A DNA stretch of 64,000 nucleotides from Candidatus Woesearchaeota archaeon UBA153 (GTDB lineage Archaea; Nanobdellota; Nanobdellia; Woesearchaeales; UBA525). Below are positions 7,923 through 17,902 of the stretch, one piece after another. The notes beneath the pieces were generated by a model. It made no database searches. It saw only the letters and a list, made by a program, of their open reading frames with translations, and was not told where the DNA came from. The stretch covers positions 25,950 to 89,949 of the forward strand of contig DASH01000042.1 of the NCBI GenBank assembly GCA_002503705.1, given 5' to 3'. The position numbers were made by a program, and so were the translations under genes. The stretch's first letter is position 1. Each line of letters opens with the position of its first letter.

Positions 7923-9539
7923 ATGGCGAAGCTCGCGATGGATGATCCGTTCTTCTTCGCGAAAGCGCTGCAGTGGTACAAGCGGCGCGACGTCGAAGAA
8001 GCAATCCTCGTGGCGTGCGAGTCGCGTGAGGTTTCGCCGCGGTACGGGCAGGGGTTCGGCAAGCGCCCCGACGCGTTGTTCTATCCCGCGGACGTGCTGA
8101 GCTTCGCGAAGCGGAAGGCGACGAGCTTCCACTGCAGCGAGGAGCGCTGGAGCGACCCGCTCAAGTTGAAGACTGGCGGTTCGCGGAAAGAGCTCGACGA
8201 CCTCCGCGCCGGCTGGGACTTGGTCCTCGACGTGGACTGCCCGTACTGGCTGTTCGCGAAGCTCACCGCGCACTTGTTCGTGCGCGCGTTGGAAGACCAC
8301 GGCATCAAGAGCGTGAGCGTCAAGTTCAGCGGCAGCAAGGGGTTCCACGTCGGCGTGCCGTGGGAAGCGTTCCCGGAACTGCACGGTGACGTCGAGACGC
8401 GGACGTTGTTTCCGGAAGCGCCGCGCGCCATCGCGAAGTACCTCGTCGACTACATCGCCTCGAACCTGATTACGGTGACGGCGAACACGATCGTCTTCGA
8501 CAAGACGCACAAGGTGAGTTATGAGAAATTGAAGGAGGTCACCGGCAAGGACTCGACCGGCCTCTTGAGCGAGTTCTGCAAGCGGTGCAAGACGCGCCAC
8601 GAGCGAGAAGAGCGCTCGAACCTCGCGGTCTTCCTGTGTGGGAGCTGCGGCCACTCGCGCAAGGCCGAACAGGCCGACTACCTCAAGTGCGAGCGGTGCA
8701 ACGGCGTCATGGAACCGCAACCCATCGTCGAATCAGGTCGGTGCGAGCGCTGCGGGAGCACCGAGTTCGAAAGCAAGTTCAACGTGCAGGCCCTCATCGA
8801 GGTCGACACGATCCTCCTCGCCTCGCGTCACTTGTTCCGCACCCCGTATTCGTTGCACGAAAAGAGCGGCCTCGTCAGCGTCGTCATCCCGACAACGAGC
8901 GTCATGACGTTCGAGAAGGAGGACGCGAAGCCGGAAAAAATCACGAGCTTCCCGCGATTCCTGGACGGCACGAAAGCGTCGCGAGCGGAAGGCGCGAAGC
9001 TCCTCGCCGCGGCGATGAGCCAGGCGGCGCTCGCCGAGCAGAAAGCGGAAGGCAAGCGCGAGTTCGCCGTGCCGGAAGAGGCGGTGCCGGAGGATTTGTT
9101 CCCGCCGTGCATGCAGGAGATGCTCACCGGGCTCACCGATGGGAAGAAGCGCGCGTTGTTCGCGCTCACCAACTTCTTCCGCACGTGCGGCTGGGGTCAT
9201 GAGCAGATGTCCGCGCGCCTCGAAGAGTGGAACAAGAAGAATCCGGAGCCGTTGCGCGAAGTCATCCTGAAAGGCCACCTGCGCTACCAGAAGACGCGCA
9301 AAGAGATCGTCCCGCCGCCGAACTGCAAGCGGTTCTACCAAGACTTCGGCGTCTGCCACCCCGACCAGTTCTGCGGCCGCATCAAGAACCCGGCGCAGTA
9401 CGCCAAGTTCAAGGCGGAACTCTTGAGCGCGGAGAAACCCATCGACAAACCGCGCGTGACGCTCACCGACGAGCAGAAAGCGATGCGGAAGGCGTACCGG
9501 GAGAAGAAGAAGCAGGAGAAAGAACCGTCGAATCCTTAA
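7923..9539 (+). CDS. priSL: compact DNA primase fusing PriS catalytic (AEP) domain and PriL Fe-S C-terminal domain
   Basis: GGAGG then ATG at 7923; LVLDVDC and FSGSKGFHV AEP motifs; Cys-rich zinc region; C-terminal FPPCMQ and additional Cys (PriL-CTD Fe-S hallmark). Confidence 0.7.
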   Translation: MAKLAMDDPFFFAKALQWYKRRDVEEAILVACESREVSPRYGQGFGKRPDALFYPADVLSFAKRKATSFHCSEERWSDPLKLKTGGSRKELDDLRAGWDLVLDVDCPYWLFAKLTAHLFVRALEDHGIKSVSVKFSGSKGFHVGVPWEAFPELHGDVETRTLFPEAPRAIAKYLVDYIASNLITVTANTIVFDKTHKVSYEKLKEVTGKDSTGLLSEFCKRCKTRHEREERSNLAVFLCGSCGHSRKAEQADYLKCERCNGVMEPQPIVESGRCERCGSTEFESKFNVQALIEVDTILLASRHLFRTPYSLHEKSGLVSVVIPTTSVMTFEKEDAKPEKITSFPRFLDGTKASRAEGAKLLAAAMSQAALAEQKAEGKREFAVPEEAVPEDLFPPCMQEMLTGLTDGKKRALFALTNFFRTCGWGHEQMSARLEEWNKKNPEPLREVILKGHLRYQKTRKEIVPPPNCKRFYQDFGVCHPDQFCGRIKNPAQYAKFKAELLSAEKPIDKPRVTLTDEQKAMRKAYREKKKQEKEPSNP

Positions 9540-9597
9540 TTTTCTCGTCGAGGAATGCAAAATTTATATAGTGGTGGTCGACGCTCGTTCTCGTTGA

Positions 9598-10155
9598 AGA
9601 CTCGCTCCGGTGTGCCGCGAGCTGCAGCACCAGAAGCAAGTCATCTTGGAGACTTCGGCTGCGGTGTTGAAAGAAAAGAAAGCCTCGGTCGCGTTCACCG
9701 TCGGCACGATGATCGAAGTGCCCCGCGCGGCGCTCACCGCCGACGAGATCGCCGCGGAGGCGGCGTTTTTCAGCTTCGGGACAAATGATTTGACGCAGAT
9801 GACGATGGGATTGTCGCGCGACGACGCCGGCAAGTTCATCCCGAGCTACCTGAAAGAAGGCCTGTTCGAGTACGACCCGTTCCAGCACCTCGACGCGACT
9901 GGCGTCGGCCAGCTCGTCACGATGGCCGTGCAGAAAGGTCGCAGCGTCAAGAAAGACCTGAAAGTCGGCATCTGCGGCGACCCGGCAAGCATCACGTTCT
10001 GCCACGCCGCCGGCCTGGACTACGTCTCGTGCAGCCCGTACCGCGTGCCGATCGCGCGCTTGGCGGCTGCGCACGCGGCAATCAACGCGAGAGTGAAGAA
10101 GTCACATTTTTTATCGTTTTTTCCGGAATCATTTTCCGATATGTCGGATGATTAA
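9598..10155 (+). pseudogene. C-terminal 185-aa remnant of pyruvate phosphate dikinase / PEP-utilising enzyme
   Basis: [10 protein letters not shown] and ICGDPAS motifs of PPDK C-terminal TIM barrel; frame opens immediately after a stop at 9595; missing the about 700-aa N-terminus; overlaps next gene by 74 bp. Confidence 0.5.
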
Positions 10156-10897
10156 GAATGAGGGCCCAACCAATCTTTCTGATTTCTTTTTCTGTTGGAA
10201 AATTCTTGTGGAATGTGAGATCTCTATTGAGTGTGCGGCCCGCGTTGTTTATGAGGTACTCTGCATAAGGTGTTTCTTGCATATACTGGAGGATATTATC
10301 CAGGAATGAGTAGTTGGGGTTGTTACTGTAGATGAGCTCTGTCGCCCTGACGAAATATTCTTCCTCCATATCGCTTTTGGCGATGACACCGAGTGCCGCC
10401 TCTTTCTTTCGAAAGAATAAGTGCCCGTATTCGTGGATGAGCCGGTCTGTCACGATGCTGTCGATGGATGTCGGAACTATCGGGCTTGAAGCGTATCGAG
10501 CGAACTCGGCTTCGTTCGTTCCCGGTGTTTGCACAGCTCTTCGAATGAGCGCGCGCATACGTTCGACTTCAGGTTGATAGACGACAATGATGTCGTGTTC
10601 TGCATAGGCGATGCCGTCGGCCTGTATGTGCCGAAACATCAATTCTAGTCTTTTGTCAGATTTTTTGATGACATATGCCGTTCCCACCACGCGCTCTCCG
10701 AAAAGCTCACACTCTTTACTCATTGGCGCATAATTTTTCGTCGTGATATCGAAGATTTGCTGAAAAGAATCGATTCTCCCATCTTGGTTCGCGGTCACAA
10801 CGACCGCTCCCCGAGGAGAACTTGTTTGCTGGGCGAAGCTCTCTCCAGTTGTTGTCAGTAAGCTTGTGATTGCGATGATGGTACAGAGGCGGTTCAT
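10082..10897 (-). CDS. secreted zinc metallopeptidase-like protein (HExxH...E), low GC
   Basis: N-terminal signal peptide [22 protein letters not shown]; HEYGH with downstream Glu; GC clearly below flanks. Confidence 0.55.
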   Translation of the reverse strand: MNRLCTIIAITSLLTTTGESFAQQTSSPRGAVVVTANQDGRIDSFQQIFDITTKNYAPMSKECELFGERVVGTAYVIKKSDKRLELMFRHIQADGIAYAEHDIIVVYQPEVERMRALIRRAVQTPGTNEAEFARYASSPIVPTSIDSIVTDRLIHEYGHLFFRKKEAALGVIAKSDMEEEYFVRATELIYSNNPNYSFLDNILQYMQETPYAEYLINNAGRTLNRDLTFHKNFPTEKEIRKIGWALILNHPTYRKMIPEKTIKNVTSSLSR

Positions 10898-11301
10898 CTC
10901 AACAACCTTGAAAACTTTTCAAAAAATCCGTATTCTTTCCGGTTTTTTTCGGGGAAGCTTCTTTAACACGAACGTCTCTACCCATCCTATGGCTCTTGAG
11001 CGTTCGCTTCGGACTCTCGCACTCACGGTTGCGCTCCTCACTCCGTCCGGCCCGGTTCAGGAATCAGTTCCAAGTAATAACCTTGTCGTTTATTCTTCGC
11101 GTTCGAACTACTGCGTTAGTTATGTCGTCGATGAACGTCTTATCGGGCGTCCAGTCGCGCCACTCCACCCTCTCCAACACACTTCATGGACCGATCCTTT
11201 CGAAGCCTCCACGTCCGCTTTTAGAGAGGAAATCGACACGTACCGCCTCCAGTAGCATTTCTTTTCCCTATTGTCGTCGGAGACTGGCTGTTGCCGGACG
11301 C

Positions 11302-11316
11302 AAAGCTTTATAAAAG
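11302..11316 (+). promoter_or_regulatory. BRE/TATA (AAAGCTTTATAAAAG) about 230 nt upstream of rpl3
   Basis: Canonical archaeal promoter-like box; implies long leader or separate transcript. Confidence 0.5.
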
Positions 11317-11544
11317 ACCTCTTATTCTCGCGAGTTCCCGAACTGCAGGGAAGCACTGCTGGTTGGCTCCACCGGGGCGGCCAGCGCGAAGGCCTGGAAA
11401 GGAATGACGCTTTTCAGTACCGACTCAGACACGGTATTCTGCAAGCGCCACTCCCTCCTGAAAACGGCTTTCCTCATACATTCCTGAGAGCAAGGGAGAC
11501 CAAGCGAGTACGGAAGAAGAGCACGAAACCACGAGTAACGAACG

Positions 11545-12522
11545 ATGGGTAAGCGCGAATCACCTCGGCACGGCAGCATGGGCGTCTGGCCCCGCAAGCG
11601 GGCGAAGAAGCAGACTGCGCGCGTCCGTTCTTGGAACGTGAAAGAGCAAGGCCTCTTGGCGTTCCCCGCGTACAAGGCGCGCATGACGCGCGTCATCGCC
11701 ACCGACACCGGTAAGAACAGCCAGACGAAGGGCGAGACGATTGTCATCCCCGCGACTGTCCTTGAGTGCCCGCCGGTCAAGATCTATAGTGTCCGCGGCT
11801 ACACGAAGGACGCGTACGGCGAGAAGGCCGCCGCGGAAGTCGTCGTCGGCAAGGACAAGCACCTGTGGCGCGCCCTCGTCACGAAGAAGACGGACGAGGA
11901 AGCGTTGAAACAATTCGACCCGAAGAAATTCTCGAGAATCACCGTTGTTCTGCTCACGCAACCGTCCAAGACCGGCATCGGCCAGAAGAAGCCGCAGATT
12001 TTCGAAGCTGGCGTCGGCGGCTCGAACGAGCAAGCGTTGGCGTGGATCAACGACCACGTCGGCAAGGAGATCGCGGTCACCGACGTCTTCAAAGAGGGAG
12101 ACTACGCGGACGCGCACGGCATCACGACCGGTCGCGGATTTCAAGGCCCGGTCAAGCGTTTCGGCATCAGTCTCAAGCCGCACAAGAGCGAGAAAGGCAG
12201 ACGCGCCCCGGCCACCCTCGGCGGTTGGAGCGGTCAGCAACATTTCATGTACCGCGTCGCGCACGCCGGTCAGATGGGGTATCACCGGCGCGTCCAGTTC
12301 AACAACTTCATCCTCAAGATCGGCGACGACCCCGCGTTGGTCAACCCCGCCGGCGGTATCCCGTACTACGGCCTCGTCAAGAACCAGTATGTCGTCGTCA
12401 AGGGCAGTATTCAGGGACCGAAGAAGCGCATGATCACGCTCACGAAGCCGGTCAAGCTGTACGTCAAGGCCTCGTTGCCGACGATCGAGAAGATCAGCGT
12501 TGACTCGCTCCAAAGACGTTAG
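11545..12522 (+). CDS. rpl3: ribosomal protein uL3
   Basis: Archaeal L3 family sequence; first gene of conserved operon. Confidence 0.9.
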   Translation: MGKRESPRHGSMGVWPRKRAKKQTARVRSWNVKEQGLLAFPAYKARMTRVIATDTGKNSQTKGETIVIPATVLECPPVKIYSVRGYTKDAYGEKAAAEVVVGKDKHLWRALVTKKTDEEALKQFDPKKFSRITVVLLTQPSKTGIGQKKPQIFEAGVGGSNEQALAWINDHVGKEIAVTDVFKEGDYADAHGITTGRGFQGPVKRFGISLKPHKSEKGRRAPATLGGWSGQQHFMYRVAHAGQMGYHRRVQFNNFILKIGDDPALVNPAGGIPYYGLVKNQYVVVKGSIQGPKKRMITLTKPVKLYVKASLPTIEKISVDSLQRR

Positions 12523-12546
12523 AAACAACCCTCAGGTGTCCTGTTC

Positions 12547-13524
12547 ATGAAACTCGCGGTGTTCGATGCGAAGAAGGCGCGTACCGGTGACGTCGACCTC
12601 CCGGTCCAGTTCAGCGAGCCGGTCAGGAGCGACTTGATCAAGCGCGCCGTCCACGCCCTTCAAGCGGGCCAGCGCCAGCCGTACGGGAGCGACCCGCGCG
12701 CGGGCAAGCGTTCAAGCTCGAAGGTCTCGCGTCGCCGCCGCAACTACCGCGGCAGTTACGGTCAAGGCATCAGCCGCGTCCCGCGCAAAGTCCTCAACCG
12801 TCGCGGCACGCGCATGTACTTCGTCGGCGCGTTCGCCCCCGGCACGGTCGGCGGCCGTCGCGCGCACCCTCCGAAGGCCGAGAAGGTCTGGGAGGAGAAG
12901 ATCAACGACCGCGAGCGGCGGAAAGCCATCCGGAGCGCGCTCGCGGCCACCGTCGCGAGAGAGCTCGTCACGAAGCGCGGCCACCTCGTCCCGGAAGCGT
13001 ACCCGTTCGCGCTCGACGACTCGTTCGAGCGGCTCGCGAAGACGAAGGAGGTGAAGGCGGCGCTTCGCGCCCTCGGCTTCGAGCAGGAGATGGCGCGCGC
13101 GTCTGTCGTCAACATCAAGGCGGGCAAGGCGTCGATGCGCGGTCGCAAGCGCAAGAAGCCCGTCAGCCTCCTCCTCGTGACCTCGTCGCGTGACGCGAAG
13201 CTCGCGCTCGCCGCGGCGAACCTGCCTGGTTTGACGATCGTTCCTGTCGACGTGCTCAACGCGGAACTCTTGGCGCCGGGCACGCATGCGGGTCGCGCGA
13301 CGCTCTTCACGAATGGCGCGCTCGCGAGAATCGCGAACGAAGGGCTGTATACGGATCATGTCGTCTCGCCCGTCGCGGCGACGGCGAAAGCGACGCCGGT
13401 CAAGGCGGAGAAGAAGAGCGCGGCGAACGCGACGAAAGAGCGCGCGGCGAAAGCCGTTCCCGCGGTGAAGTTGAAAGCGGCTTCCGCTCCGAAACCGAAG
13501 ACGGTGAAGGGTGAGTCGCAATGA
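12547..13524 (+). CDS. rpl4: ribosomal protein uL4 with about 70-aa Lys/Ala-rich C-terminal extension
   Basis: Operon position; L4 family; tail AKATPVKAEKKSAANATKERAAKA. Confidence 0.85.
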   Translation: MKLAVFDAKKARTGDVDLPVQFSEPVRSDLIKRAVHALQAGQRQPYGSDPRAGKRSSSKVSRRRRNYRGSYGQGISRVPRKVLNRRGTRMYFVGAFAPGTVGGRRAHPPKAEKVWEEKINDRERRKAIRSALAATVARELVTKRGHLVPEAYPFALDDSFERLAKTKEVKAALRALGFEQEMARASVVNIKAGKASMRGRKRKKPVSLLLVTSSRDAKLALAAANLPGLTIVPVDVLNAELLAPGTHAGRATLFTNGALARIANEGLYTDHVVSPVAATAKATPVKAEKKSAANATKERAAKAVPAVKLKAASAPKPKTVKGESQ

Positions 13525-13781
13525 ACGACGGCGCGATCATCAAGCACCCGATCAGCTCGGAAAAGACGATTAAGATCATCGAGACGGAGAACTCGCTCGT
13601 CTTCGCCGTCGCGCGCGACGCGACAAAAGCGGCCATCAAGGCCGAGGTGGAGAAATTGTTCGGCGCGAAGGTCGTGAAGGTCCGGACATTGATCCTCCCG
13701 AGCGCGACGAAGCGCGCGGTCGTCCAGTTCAGTCCGGAGACGCCGGCGATCGACGTCGCGACGAAGCTCGGTTTGATGTAA
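13521..13781 (+). CDS. rpl23: ribosomal protein uL23
   Basis: 86 aa; operon position; overlaps rpl4 stop. Confidence 0.85.
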   Translation: MNDGAIIKHPISSEKTIKIIETENSLVFAVARDATKAAIKAEVEKLFGAKVVKVRTLILPSATKRAVVQFSPETPAIDVATKLGLM

Positions 13782-13803
13782 CTATCACAGTCACGGTGCA
13801 ACC

Positions 13804-14505
13804 ATGGGTAAAAATTTAATTCAACAGCGGCGCGGCAAAGGTTCGGTCACGTACCGGCGTCACACGCTCTCCGCGCCCGGCATGGCGCGCGTCGAGAACA
13901 GAGGCGGCGCCACCATCCTCGCGCTCCTCCACTCGCGGTTCCACACCGCGCCGTTGGCGCGCGTCGAGTACGAGGACGGCGCTCCCGGACTCATCATCGC
14001 GCCGGAAGGCGTGCGCGTCGGCCAGCGCGTCCTCATCAGCAGCGACGCCCCCCTCGCGACCGGCAACACGCTCCCCTTGAAGAGCCTCCCGGAAGGGAGC
14101 CTCGTCTATAATATCGAAGCCCAGCCGGGCGACGGCGGCACGTTCGTCCGCGCCTCAGGCGGCGTCGGTCGCATCGTCGGCAAGACGGGCGAGGGCGTCA
14201 TCATCCAGCTCCCGAGCAAGAAGCGCCGCTTGTTCAATCCTGAGTGCAAGGCGACGCTCGGCATCGTCGCGGGCGGCGGCCGCCCGGAGAAACCGTTCCT
14301 CAAGGCGGGCATCAAGTTCCACCGCGTCAAGGCGCGGCACAAGTACTGGCCGATCGTTTCGGGCGCCGCGATGAACGCGGTCGACCACCCGTTCGGCGGC
14401 AAGCGCACCAGCAGGAAAGGCCGGCCGACGATTGCGCCGAAGAACGCGCCGCCGGGCCGCAAGGTCGGCATGATCAGGCCGCGCCACACGGGCCGGAACA
14501 AGTAG
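13804..14505 (+). CDS. rpl2: ribosomal protein uL2
   Basis: GKNLIQQRRGKGS start and HPFGGK motif. Confidence 0.9.
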   Translation: MGKNLIQQRRGKGSVTYRRHTLSAPGMARVENRGGATILALLHSRFHTAPLARVEYEDGAPGLIIAPEGVRVGQRVLISSDAPLATGNTLPLKSLPEGSLVYNIEAQPGDGGTFVRASGGVGRIVGKTGEGVIIQLPSKKRRLFNPECKATLGIVAGGGRPEKPFLKAGIKFHRVKARHKYWPIVSGAAMNAVDHPFGGKRTSRKGRPTIAPKNAPPGRKVGMIRPRHTGRNK

Positions 14506-14569
14506 GGTTCACTGTCGGCGTCAATGTAGGCTTCAAGGTTCAATGCAGGGTTCAACGGAGTGATGATCA

Positions 14570-15019
14570 ATGGCACGCAAAGAGTTCACCTATCGGGGAC
14601 GGACGGCTGACGAGCTGAAGGCGATGAGCCTCGACGAGTTCGCCCTCCTCATGCCGAGCCGCGAACGGCGCAAGGTGAAGCGCGGCTTCACGACTGCGGA
14701 GAAGAGCTTGCTGAAGAAGCTCGCCAAGCGCGACCGCGTCAAGACGCACGCGCGCGAGATGATCGTGCTTCCCAGCATGTTCGGCAAGACCATCCTCGTG
14801 CACAACGGGAAAGAGTACGCCCCTGTCCTGATCAACCCTGAGATGGTCTCGCACCGCCTCGGGATGTTCGCGCTCACGCGCAAGCTCGTCCGCCACTCCG
14901 CGGCCGGCGTCTCGTCGGCGAAAGCGGGCAGCGGCGGCGACTCTGGCAAGTCCGCTTCCGCGGCCAAGCCCGCGGCCGGAGGGGCAGCGCCCGCGAAGGG
15001 CGCCGAGAAGAAGAAGTAA
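14570..15019 (+). CDS. rps19: ribosomal protein uS19 with Ala/Gly/Lys-rich C-terminal tail
   Basis: FTYRGRT...HNGKEY S19 family; operon position. Confidence 0.85.
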   Translation: MARKEFTYRGRTADELKAMSLDEFALLMPSRERRKVKRGFTTAEKSLLKKLAKRDRVKTHAREMIVLPSMFGKTILVHNGKEYAPVLINPEMVSHRLGMFALTRKLVRHSAAGVSSAKAGSGGDSGKSASAAKPAAGGAAPAKGAEKKK

Positions 15020-15047
15020 GTGAGCTGAAAAAAGCACCATCAAAAAC

Positions 15048-15758
15048 GTGAACACTGTGGCCGGATACGCATTCACCAAGTACGACAGCGCCACCATGGC
15101 ACGCGCCGCCGCGCGCGACGCTCCGATCAGCGTCAAGACGAGCGTGGAGATCGCGAAGTGGCTCCGCGGCGCGATGAGCGACAAGGCTGAGCGTTCACTC
15201 AAAGAGGTCATCGCGCTCCGCCGCGCGGTCCCGTTCACGAGAGCGTGCGACCACGTCGGTCACCGTCGCGGCCACCTCGGCCCTGGCAAATATCCCGTCA
15301 AGGCCGCCAGCGTGTTCCTCGCGCTCCTCACGCAGTGCGTGGCGAACGCGGAGAGTAAAGGCCTCGGCACGCCCCTGAAGATCGTTCACCTCGCTGCCCA
15401 GCAAGCGGCGACGCCCGCGCACTATGGGCGCCAGCGCGGCCTCGTGATGAAGCGCGCGCACGTCGAACTCGTCCTCGCCGAGACTGAGGAGAGCAAGCGT
15501 CGCGAGAAGCGCGAGAAGCGCGTGAAGAAAGAGGGAAAGAAGGATTCGGAGAAGAAGGATGCGAAACCGGTCGTCGAGGAGAAACCGCCGGTGAAGGCCG
15601 ACGTGAACGTCAAGGAGACGACGATGCCGAACGAGGAGAAGACTCCGGTCGCGTCGCAACCCGTTGCGGCGAAGCCCGTCACGGCCAAGCCCGCGACTCC
15701 GAAACCGAAAGCCGAATCATTGAAGAAAGCAGAGAAGAAGCCGGAGCCGAAACAATAA
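15048..15758 (+). CDS. rpl22: ribosomal protein uL22 with about 90-aa Lys/Glu/Pro-rich C-terminal extension
   Basis: L22 core plus low-complexity tail KREKREKRVKKEGKKDSEKKDAKP. Confidence 0.8.
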   Translation: MNTVAGYAFTKYDSATMARAAARDAPISVKTSVEIAKWLRGAMSDKAERSLKEVIALRRAVPFTRACDHVGHRRGHLGPGKYPVKAASVFLALLTQCVANAESKGLGTPLKIVHLAAQQAATPAHYGRQRGLVMKRAHVELVLAETEESKRREKREKRVKKEGKKDSEKKDAKPVVEEKPPVKADVNVKETTMPNEEKTPVASQPVAAKPVTAKPATPKPKAESLKKAEKKPEPKQ

Positions 15759-15790
15759 CGGCGCTGAAACAATAAGGATGTGACTGCAGC

Positions 15791-16831
15791 ATGGCGATTG
15801 AGCGGAAATTCGTGGCCCAGAACGTCAAGGAGTTCCGAATCAAACAGTACGTTGGTGAACAGCTCAGCAGGGTCGGCTTGAGCAGCATCAAGCTGCAGCG
15901 AACGCCGCTCGGCGACAAGATCCTCATCCGCGCCTCCCGGCCCGGCCTCGTCGTCGGCCGCGCGGGCAGCAATATCCAGAAGCTCACTGAGGCGTTGAAG
16001 ACCGAGTTCAACCTCGAGAACCCTCAGATTGAAATCGAGGAAGTGCAGAACTTCGCGCTCGACGCGAACATCATCGCGGAGATGATCGCCAACTCGCTCG
16101 AGCGCTTCGGCAGCGCGCGCTTCAAGGGCGTCGGCCACAAGGCCTTGCAGGACGTCATGAACGCGGGCGCGATGGGCGTCGAGATACTCCTGAGCGGCAA
16201 GATTCCCAGCCAGCGCGCGAAGACGTGGCGCTTCTATCAGGGCTACCTGAAGAAGTGCGGTGATGTCGCCGTCGTCTGGGTGGATGTCGCGTACAAGACC
16301 GCGGTCCTCAAGACCGGTGTCGTCGGCATCAAGGTGTCGATCATGCCGCCGGACACGAAACTCCCCGACACGATCCTCGTCAAGCAGCCCGACCCCGCCA
16401 CGCTTGAAGAGGTGACGGGTGCGGAAGCGGCGCTCCTCGAGACTGGGGTGCAAGAAGGCCTCGATGGCCTCGAAGGCGTGGATGGCGTGGAAGGTTCGGC
16501 AGAGACTGGCGCCGGAGAGGCGAAAGGGAAGGCCCGCCGTAAGCAAGGCGGCGCTGACTCGGATGAGAAGAAGTCGCGCGCTCCGCGCAAGAAGAGAGAG
16601 GCGAAGACGGGCGAAAAGAAAGACGAGAAGAAAGATGACCTGAAGAAAGATGACGCGAAGAAAGCTGAAAACAAGGGCGAGAAACAGGAAGTGAGCGACG
16701 AGGTCGCTGAGGATGTTGCTGCCGCCGCTGGTGCCTCGGTGCCGAGCGCGCCGACGGGCGACGCCGAACCTGACGCTCAAGAACCTGACGCTCAAGAACC
16801 TGAACTCAGCGTTCAGAAAACCGAGAACTGA
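15791..16831 (+). CDS. rps3: ribosomal protein uS3 with about 130-aa acidic/basic low-complexity C-terminal extension
   Basis: KH domain and S3-C region; tail with EPDAQEPDAQEPE repeats. Confidence 0.85.
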   Translation: MAIERKFVAQNVKEFRIKQYVGEQLSRVGLSSIKLQRTPLGDKILIRASRPGLVVGRAGSNIQKLTEALKTEFNLENPQIEIEEVQNFALDANIIAEMIANSLERFGSARFKGVGHKALQDVMNAGAMGVEILLSGKIPSQRAKTWRFYQGYLKKCGDVAVVWVDVAYKTAVLKTGVVGIKVSIMPPDTKLPDTILVKQPDPATLEEVTGAEAALLETGVQEGLDGLEGVDGVEGSAETGAGEAKGKARRKQGGADSDEKKSRAPRKKREAKTGEKKDEKKDDLKKDDAKKAENKGEKQEVSDEVAEDVAAAAGASVPSAPTGDAEPDAQEPDAQEPELSVQKTEN

Positions 16832-16836
16832 TACTC

Positions 16837-17040
16837 ATGGTTTCCCAGCGATACGTCGAGCTGAAGAAGAAGACCTCGAGCGAACTCGAGAAGGAGCTCG
16901 CCACGACCAAGCTCGAGCTCATCAAGATTTCCGCGCAGCTCTCGACCGGAGCGGCCGCCAAAGAGGCGGGCAAGTTGCGCACGTTGAAGAAGAAGGTCGC
17001 GCGGATTAAGACGCTCCAGACCGCGCAAGAACGGAAGTAA
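16837..17040 (+). CDS. rpl29: ribosomal protein uL29
   Basis: 67 aa, coiled-coil; operon position. Confidence 0.8.
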   Translation: MVSQRYVELKKKTSSELEKELATTKLELIKISAQLSTGAAAKEAGKLRTLKKKVARIKTLQTAQERK

Positions 17041-17089
17041 AACGAGAACAAACGAGAACAAGTGTGACACTCGGAGGATACTGCTGAAG

Positions 17090-17437
17090 ATGACGACGGT
17101 GTGCACCACGTGCGGGCTCCCGAAGGACCTCTGCGTCTGCGACCAGATCGCGCGCGAGAGCCAACGGATTACCGTCATGATCGAGCGGAAGAAGTTCGGC
17201 AAGGCGTACACCACGGTCACCGGCATCAATGAACACGAAGTCGATATGGGCGAGTTGGCGAAGAAGCTGAAGAACAAGCTCGCGTGCGGCGGGACTGGGA
17301 AAGACGGCGTGATCGCCCTGCAAGGGGACCACCTGCGCTCGGTCAAGGACGCGCTTGTCGAGCTCGGTTTCAGCGCCGACACGATTGATGTGCAGCAGGA
17401 CCGGCGGCAAGGGCCGCGTCCTTACGGCCGTCGATGA
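17090..17437 (+). CDS. sui1: translation initiation factor SUI1/eIF1 homolog with N-terminal zinc ribbon
   Basis: CTTCGLPKDLCVC plus SUI1 fold motifs (KFGKAYTTVTGI, LACGGTGKDG). Confidence 0.8.
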   Translation: MTTVCTTCGLPKDLCVCDQIARESQRITVMIERKKFGKAYTTVTGINEHEVDMGELAKKLKNKLACGGTGKDGVIALQGDHLRSVKDALVELGFSADTIDVQQDRRQGPRPYGRR

Positions 17438-17498
17438 AAGGATGACAGGACGAAAGAACGATCACCGGATGAACACGAACAAACGGACGATGTGATGC

Positions 17499-17855
17499 AT
17501 GATGGCAGCCAAGAAAGCAAGTGAAACGCGCGCGAAAACCGCGACAGCGAGCGCGCAGACCGGGACTGCGCCCCGCGCTCCGAACGTTGCGGGCGCTCGG
17601 TACACGACGCACGGGCGCACGTTCACTGGTACGGTGACGAGCGACCGGATGTACCGGACGGTGACGGTCGCGTGGGAGCGCCGCCACTTCGTCCCGAAGT
17701 ACCAGCGGTACGAGCGCCGGTACAGCAAGGTGAAAGCGCACAATCCTGTCGAGATTGACGCGAAGGTCGGCGACCTCGTCACCATCAAGGAGACGCGGCC
17801 GATCAGCAAGACGAAGAACTTCATCGTCATCAAGAAGCATGAGCGCGCGCAATGA
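17499..17855 (+). CDS. rps17: ribosomal protein uS17
   Basis: S17 family; operon position. Confidence 0.85.
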   Translation: MMAAKKASETRAKTATASAQTGTAPRAPNVAGARYTTHGRTFTGTVTSDRMYRTVTVAWERRHFVPKYQRYERRYSKVKAHNPVEIDAKVGDLVTIKETRPISKTKNFIVIKKHERAQ

Positions 17856-17902
17856 TGTCAGCGTAGGGCAGTGTAGACGCAAAATTCCCTGTGTGAAACA
17901 AG

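Noticed and set aside
7005-8720. 571-aa ORF antisense to hef 3' end and primase
   Set aside because: Spans two well-supported sense genes; no motifs.
11000-11120. tRNA-like TTCGAAC motif near 11103
   Set aside because: Flanking bases do not form a T-stem or acceptor stem.
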